Positions 58,673 through 64,000 of a stretch of 64,000 bases of DNA are shown here, piece after piece. A model generated the notes under the pieces. It saw nothing but the letters and a program-made list of their open reading frames with translations, had not been told where the DNA came from and made no database searches. A program made the translations under genes and the position numbers. The stretch covers positions 26,313-90,312 of IMG/VR virus record IMGVR_UViG_3300022682_000016. One strand, 5' to 3'. Position 1 is the first letter of the stretch. Each line of letters begins with the position of its first letter. Source of the stretch: a virus.

Positions 58673-60402
58673 TAAACAGTGGTCTCCATAACTTGAGTTA
58701 TTTCAGTACCGGATGGAACTACTACAGAGTTTCCAGCATCGTCTTTTGCTACAATTGCGGGTTCTGAAGAACCAGCCATCTGACTAACATTGTCCACTGT
58801 AAGTGTCATAGGTTGTCCAGTGGTCTGGTCATTTACCTGAATCTGTGTTCCTGGAGTCATTTCGGCAAACAACTTTTTAGATTGTTTTGTCCGTCTTTTT
58901 CCAGTAAGGGCAGATATTAAAGAACTGATAACATTACGAGGACTCTCACCTTTAGAGATTCGATTAGCATAAACACCTAAATCTTCTTCAGAAAACTCTG
59001 GAGTGTCATCATCTTCATCCTTCGTAGCATAGCTACCACAAATTGCAAGTTCTACCTTATCATTCATATTAACCATGATAGATTCTAATTTGCAATTACC
59101 AGTTTTTTCTTTATCATAGTTTATACAGTTAGTAACTGAACACTCTAATACTGTCCGATCCTTATCCTTATCTGAAGATGAATCATCTGCAAGGTCATCC
59201 AAATCTTCTGACAACTCTGCTATCTTTTTAGAAGCTTCTGAAATCCCATTAAAATTAAGAACTGCGTTTCCCTGAAAAGCATCAGTCACGATTTTTTCCA
59301 TAGCAGGAACAGCTTTATTAATCACCTTCTGTATACCTTTACTATCAGCACCTTCAATTGTAAAGGAAATGGTGCTACTACCAGCAGTCTTCTTAGACGC
59401 TTCTGTGGAGTTGTTTTTTAATAACTGATCTTTAAGAGATTCCAATGATGAAAAGAACTCTTCATTAACATTTAACCATTTAGTCTGGCCATTTTCTGAT
59501 CTAATCTGAACAGTTGCTGGATAGTTACCTATTGGAAGAACAGATGATAGTTCATTTTCATAATACCCCGCTGTCTTCTTAGAAGCCTGTTTAGATACAT
59601 CTTCTTTAGATTTATTTGTACGATATAACAGTAAATTTTGGTAATTTTCAAATTCGCCGTTATTATCTTTAGAAAAGTTTTCTGCTTCTTTCATTTGATC
59701 CCAGTTAAATCTTTTAATAGTTCCGTCAGGTAACGTAACTTTAAATGGGTTTCCTTTTACAGTCTCTACAAAATCTTCATATAACGGAGTGCTTATGTTA
59801 GGGTTATTTCTGTGTTCCTCCACAAAAGCATCATACATATCCTGTACCATATCATCAAAAGATAGTCCTCTAGTATCCGTCACTTCAGCAATCTTTTTAG
59901 ATGAACGTTTTTCAACAGGATCTTTTTCACCAGCATCCAAAACTTTCTTAATTTTAGGATCTACCTTTTCCTTCATAGGTTCAGCTACCGATTCTTTCTC
60001 AGTTTTTCGGTCAGAGGTATTTGGATGTTTGTTTTCGTTCTTATTCCGTTCACGAATATCTTTTTGTTCTTCTGTAGTAGGTTCAACTTTATCAACACCA
60101 TAAATCTTATCTTGACCCTCAGAAGCAATTGCAGTCTCTTTTCCAGAAAGCCCGAATAAAGTACCCAATTGATCAGATACCTGCTTAGGAGCCTCTCCAT
60201 TAACTACTGAAATACAGGTCTTAATAGCTGCGATATCATTTACAGAGGCACCTTTTAGAAATGTATAAGATTCATTATCACTTAAAGCAATGGACAATAC
60301 TTTAAGCTGATCAGTAGTCGGATTTTTAGTTCCAGCCTTAACAGCTTTTTTAATAAGATTAACAACTGAGGTTTTTTTAAGGACTTCCATAATATTCTCC
60401 AA
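58672..60402 (-). CDS. Head-region modular protein with five SKKxA repeats and a DUF1540-like Cys domain
   Basis: SSKKIA, ASKKTA, ASKKTA, ASKKIA, QSKKLFA; C.V.NC..Y....C....I.V......A.C..Y. Confidence 0.7.
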   Translation of the reverse strand: MENIMEVLKKTSVVNLIKKAVKAGTKNPTTDQLKVLSIALSDNESYTFLKGASVNDIAAIKTCISVVNGEAPKQVSDQLGTLFGLSGKETAIASEGQDKIYGVDKVEPTTEEQKDIRERNKNENKHPNTSDRKTEKESVAEPMKEKVDPKIKKVLDAGEKDPVEKRSSKKIAEVTDTRGLSFDDMVQDMYDAFVEEHRNNPNISTPLYEDFVETVKGNPFKVTLPDGTIKRFNWDQMKEAENFSKDNNGEFENYQNLLLYRTNKSKEDVSKQASKKTAGYYENELSSVLPIGNYPATVQIRSENGQTKWLNVNEEFFSSLESLKDQLLKNNSTEASKKTAGSSTISFTIEGADSKGIQKVINKAVPAMEKIVTDAFQGNAVLNFNGISEASKKIAELSEDLDDLADDSSSDKDKDRTVLECSVTNCINYDKEKTGNCKLESIMVNMNDKVELAICGSYATKDEDDDTPEFSEEDLGVYANRISKGESPRNVISSLISALTGKRRTKQSKKLFAEMTPGTQIQVNDQTTGQPMTLTVDNVSQMAGSSEPAIVAKDDAGNSVVVPSGTEITQVMETTV

Positions 60403-60409
60403 TTTTTAG

Positions 60410-61129
60410 TTAAGCATCTTCTACAACAGTTTCTGGACCTGGAGCTTCTTTACCTTCAGGAACACTTTGTTCTGGACTTAGTGCTGATGTTAACCCAACT
60501 ACTTTTAATAGTGCTTGCCTAACATCAGGTACTTGAACATCATCACCTCCCGGAAGGTCTTCAAATAACTCTTGAAAAACAGTTTCTTTTTCTTCAGGAG
60601 AAAGGCCGTTGCCACCAGCCTGCTCTAAACGATACTGAAACTCTGACGCAAACTCATTATTATCTACAAACACACCCACATTTATAGCAGATCTTTCTGG
60701 AGATAAATAAGCAACACCATCTGTAATATTTATAGTATCCTGTTCAGATACTGCGTGTATGGTAGAATCTCTACTAGCAGGATCCATACCAACGTATTCT
60801 TCCAAAGACTCTAATGATACTTCCGCAGGGTCATCAGCTTTTATAGTGTATAACAAAGTCGCATTATTTATTGATGGGACTTTTCCAGAGGAATCCGTAT
60901 TAGATTCAATAGCTGACGATTTTAACATACTGGCAATTTGAGGATCAACACTATCGGCAATCATACTAGGTATTCGAGCATCCTCCACACGCATAGGCTC
61001 TTCTGAGTCCATATACACAGGATCTCTACCAAATAGGTCCCTAAACTTTTCAGTAAGGGCTTCTTTTATAATAGCACTTGAAAGATATTCCACATCAGCT
61101 GATGGCTTAGTATCGGCAATAATTCTCAT
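60410..61129 (-). CDS. Acidic hypothetical protein (head region)
   Basis: 239 aa; SD AAGGGA. Confidence 0.65.
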   Translation of the reverse strand: MRIIADTKPSADVEYLSSAIIKEALTEKFRDLFGRDPVYMDSEEPMRVEDARIPSMIADSVDPQIASMLKSSAIESNTDSSGKVPSINNATLLYTIKADDPAEVSLESLEEYVGMDPASRDSTIHAVSEQDTINITDGVAYLSPERSAINVGVFVDNNEFASEFQYRLEQAGGNGLSPEEKETVFQELFEDLPGGDDVQVPDVRQALLKVVGLTSALSPEQSVPEGKEAPGPETVVEDA

Positions 61130-61145
61130 AGATGTCCCTTATTCT

Positions 61146-61181
61146 AAAAAGGCAGTGCTTACCTATTAAATAAACACTGCC
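61146..61181 (-). terminator. Probable intrinsic terminator
   Basis: GGCAGTG/CACTGCC stem followed by TTTTT on the minus strand. Confidence 0.55.
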
Positions 61182-61210
61182 CTTAATAACTTACTAAGCA
61201 GTATGCAGAA

Positions 61211-61990
61211 TTATACTCTGGAAGGAGCCTGTCCGTGCTTCTTCAATTTACGAGAAGCAAGCGTCTTTTTAAGGAGCTTTTCTTCTCGTTTAGCTTCACG
61301 AGCCTCTAATTCTGCAAAACGATCATCAAAATCATTTTGTGCCGTATCTTCAAACATGGTGCCTTTTGAATACTTAGTCTTTTTAGGAACTTTAAAGGCT
61401 AATCCTTCTTCTTCCGAAGATAATGGTACAAGAATGGGGCGACCGCCAACACCATTCAAATCAGTAGCTGCATGACGAAGTCCTTTAGACCGATTAATTT
61501 CTTGTGGAGTATAAAAATCTGTTAAGACAACCACTTCTCCAGGCTGAAATGTAAGCCCCATATCGTCATCATTTGTTTTCATGTCCGGAACAACCAAAAA
61601 TTTATCTGATTGATTCTGCACAATAACATACCGAGGTTCTACTTGGACCATCATGTGATCCATAACTGTAGCGTTAGGATTACCAGTAGCAGGTAAAGGG
61701 GTACGTTTCTCAAGACTTGAAGCTAAGGCAGCATCTTCAGCAGCCTTTTGAGCAACTTTGTCTGGGTCAATTGTGTAAGATTTTTGTTCCGGGGCAATAG
61801 ACTCTTCTTTAATAACTGTAGTTTCTACAGAAGAGGGAGTTTTAGTAACTTCTAAAGTTTGAGTCTCTTTGATAGAGGATGCAACAGGCTCAGGCTTCTG
61901 AACCGATTCATTAAGGGTAGTTTTGGAAGTTTCGGAGATCCCTTCTTGGGCTACTCCATCTTCCTTAATGGTTTGTTGGTTGCACTGCAT
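61211..61990 (-). CDS. Hypothetical protein downstream of the major capsid gene
   Basis: 259 aa, disordered N-terminal half; SD AAGGAGGT. Confidence 0.7.
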   Translation of the reverse strand: MQCNQQTIKEDGVAQEGISETSKTTLNESVQKPEPVASSIKETQTLEVTKTPSSVETTVIKEESIAPEQKSYTIDPDKVAQKAAEDAALASSLEKRTPLPATGNPNATVMDHMMVQVEPRYVIVQNQSDKFLVVPDMKTNDDDMGLTFQPGEVVVLTDFYTPQEINRSKGLRHAATDLNGVGGRPILVPLSSEEEGLAFKVPKKTKYSKGTMFEDTAQNDFDDRFAELEAREAKREEKLLKKTLASRKLKKHGQAPSRV

Positions 61991-62038
61991 GGGCTTACCT
62001 CCTTATGGGTAATAAAATGTTAATGTTTAAATTGATGA

Positions 62039-62057
62039 GGGGGTCTTAAAGACCCCC
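62039..62057 (-). terminator. Hairpin after the major capsid gene
   Basis: GGGGGTCT-TAA-AGACCCCC; the U-tail is weak. Confidence 0.5.
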
Positions 62058-62084
62058 AACACCAACATATTAAGAGGAGTATTC

Positions 62085-62978
62085 TTAACCAGCTGTGTTA
62101 AAAGTTCCCTTTGCAACAGCTTTGCCATTGTGTACAGTCATGGCTAGAAGCTCATAACCAACAAAACCAAGTTGCAAATTGTCCGGATCATCAGCGGGGA
62201 TAACATCCACGTCACGACGAATAGGAGTCCAAGCTGTGAATTCCGGTTCAGCGATGATGTAGAAAGTACCGCTAGTGACTTGGTCATTGATATAAATATC
62301 AGCATCCCAAATGCTTCCAAGATAACCGGATTTACGGATTTCTTCACGGGCAACATTATCGATGTCCTGATACTGCCAACGACGAATACCTTGGATGCCG
62401 TAAGGAGACATCAAGATACTCTTAACACGCAGACGATGACGTTCAACCTGAGTAAATGCACGGGCAAGAGCGTCTTTGGTCAGGTAGGTAGAAATGACCG
62501 TAGTTGTGTTAACCTGCTGAGAAGCAGTTTCTAACAGAGAGAAACCATAAAGGTCTTCACGAAGGGCCATACCCTGTTCCAAACGTTCTTTAACACGTTT
62601 CATTACCTGGTATAAACGTTTATAAAGTTCAGCGTAAGGGACTTTAGGACGAACAACGATTTCAAATTCTTCGAGTTCGGTACGTTCAACCTCAACTTCG
62701 ATAATACGAGTAGTACCATTGCGGCCAATTTTGACAGCGGTAAACTCATCAATATCGTTGTCGTAGATGATAGGCATTCCATCAGGCCAGCCTTCAACAA
62801 CGCTGAAACGACGATAAATACCAATGTAGTCCAGATACTTCCGAACAGGAGAAGCCAAGTTAGCAGCGATTTTATGAAGACCTGTGGGGGACTTCATCGC
62901 AGCCTGAAGGTCGGCTTCTTTCCGCATCATCGAAGCTTTAGCAGCTTCGCGTTTTGTAGATGCTTGTTTAGTAATCAT
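62085..62978 (-). CDS. Major capsid protein (short HK97-fold type)
   Basis: LA.PVR..LDY.GI.RR...VE..PDG....YD.D, FEIV..P.V...EL..R, ED..GF.LL, GYLG.IW.A.I, GFVGYE; strong SD GGAGGT. Confidence 0.85.
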   Translation of the reverse strand: MITKQASTKREAAKASMMRKEADLQAAMKSPTGLHKIAANLASPVRKYLDYIGIYRRFSVVEGWPDGMPIIYDNDIDEFTAVKIGRNGTTRIIEVEVERTELEEFEIVVRPKVPYAELYKRLYQVMKRVKERLEQGMALREDLYGFSLLETASQQVNTTTVISTYLTKDALARAFTQVERHRLRVKSILMSPYGIQGIRRWQYQDIDNVAREEIRKSGYLGSIWDADIYINDQVTSGTFYIIAEPEFTAWTPIRRDVDVIPADDPDNLQLGFVGYELLAMTVHNGKAVAKGTFNTAG

Positions 62979-63052
62979 TTAAAACCTCCGTGGTTTTGTT
63001 TAGTTGTATGTGTACGTCTGCCGATTTCGGTTCAGACTAGTTTCTTCCGAAA

Positions 63053-63845
63053 TCAAACTGTTTGTTCAAATTCTTTTATATATTTCGCAATTCTTAAATG
63101 AGTCTTTATATCCCCATCATTCTTAATCCTATTAGCTCTATAACTAATTACAGAACAGTTCTCTTTTGTGTACCCTAAAGTTGGATCTAAACGATCCAAA
63201 GAAGGTGAATTATTAGTCATGATACCCACACCTCTTTTAATGGGTATAGAAAGTATTGGGCATATCGCAGGTACTTTAATATCATTTTTACGTAAAGTAC
63301 AGGGAACATTTAATGTTCTCGATCTACGTTTAGCTCCCCAATACAATTTATTTATTAACTGTTTATCATTAGATTGATACTTCAACGACAATTTTTTGTC
63401 ATGCGTAGACATGTATCGGACAACAGCTAGGTGTTCATCAGCAGTTGCATCATTTTTTATCATATTAGCTTTTTTTGATATGACAGCAATGTTATTGGGA
63501 ACATATCCTAATTTTGGGTTAATTCTATCTAGTGAAGGACCAAACATTCCATTACCAACTACTAAAGGTACTCCTAATATTGGACAAATATCTGGTATTT
63601 TTACATCATTTTTTGTTATAGTAAACAAAAGATTACCTTTACGAGCACGTTTACGAGCATCTTTTAACATCAACGTAACAGGATTAGATCTTCTACGTTG
63701 TTTAGCATATTCTCTAGCTAACTTTCTTTTAGTATCATTTTTTTTATCTGATCGCATACATTCTTTGCAAGTATTACGTCTACCGTCTACACACTCATAC
63801 GATATGTAGAATTCAGACAATACCTTTGTTTCTCTGCATCTAATA
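63053..63845 (-). CDS. Tandem-domain HNH-like (His-Me) endonuclease, N-terminus apparently interrupted by a TnpB element
   Basis: Two copies of A..RA...CPIL..P....PSLDR..P.LGY...N..VIS..AN.IKND. The frame extends upstream of the called TTG (63820) as IRCRETKVLSEFY...DG....CKEC. Confidence 0.8.
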
Positions 63846-63975
63846 GTTGTGGAAAGTATAGAAATTCATTCCATGACTTTCCTCGACGCTTCGTCGGGAT
63901 TAGCTCCGGGAAGCAAGCTTCCCGGAGTCTTACAATCTCTCCACGTCTGTAATTCCGCATCAACTCCTACGGAGA
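63846..63975 (-). ncRNA. Putative omega/reRNA scaffold and right end of the second TnpB element
   Basis: Perfect stem CTCCGGGAAG-CTTG-CTTCCCGGAG (63904-63927), CGACG-AAG-CGTCG hairpin, end ...TTTCCACAAC. Confidence 0.6.
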
Positions 63976-64000
63976 TCTTTAAAATATTCTTAGCAGCGTT
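63866..64000 (-). CDS. tnpB: C-terminus of a second TnpB (continues beyond the window; not in the ORF track)
   Basis: NAAKNILKISVGVDAELQTWRDCKTPGSLLPGANPDEASRKVME*; NAA.NIL is the RuvC-III motif. Confidence 0.8.
   Translation of the reverse strand, partial: NAAKNILKISVGVDAELQTWRDCKTPGSLLPGANPDEASRKVME

Noticed and set aside
1-64000. Stop-codon reassignment, tRNAs, inteins, DGR
   Set aside because: Genes are full-length in code 11 and use all three stops. No tRNA, intein or reverse transcriptase was recognised by eye; tRNAscan and Infernal were not run.

Overview
This is an AT-rich (roughly 35% GC by eye) 64-kb segment of a large contractile-tailed (myovirus-like) bacteriophage, read in standard code 11. 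The left arm (+ strand, 1-16.5 kb) carries replication, recombination and expression genes: RecA, DnaX clamp loader, beta-clamp, a UDG-PolA fusion, IF-1, SbcDC, NusG-like, sigma-4-like and RHH regulators, and a 5'-3' exonuclease. It ends with two secreted morons, one with a T9SS C-terminal domain. The right arm (- strand, 16.5-63 kb) is a near-continuous virion module: capsid, neck, amidase, sheath, tube, tape measure, baseplate, fibres and a 2554-aa poly-Ser adhesin. It is interrupted by two TnpB elements and HNH-type genes. The best candidates for new biology are: (i) head-region polyproteins in which small domains, including a 2H-phosphoesterase (Acb1-like), an NDT-like domain and two ART-like domains, are separated by recurrent SKKxA or NTxxA motifs, suggesting protease-released capsid cargo; (ii) a family of Ser/Cys tracts shared by three virion proteins; (iii) a baseplate-type domain apparently split between the giant adhesin and the next gene; (iv) a phage-encoded T9SS substrate. 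All annotations come from motif recognition by eye; no searches were run.
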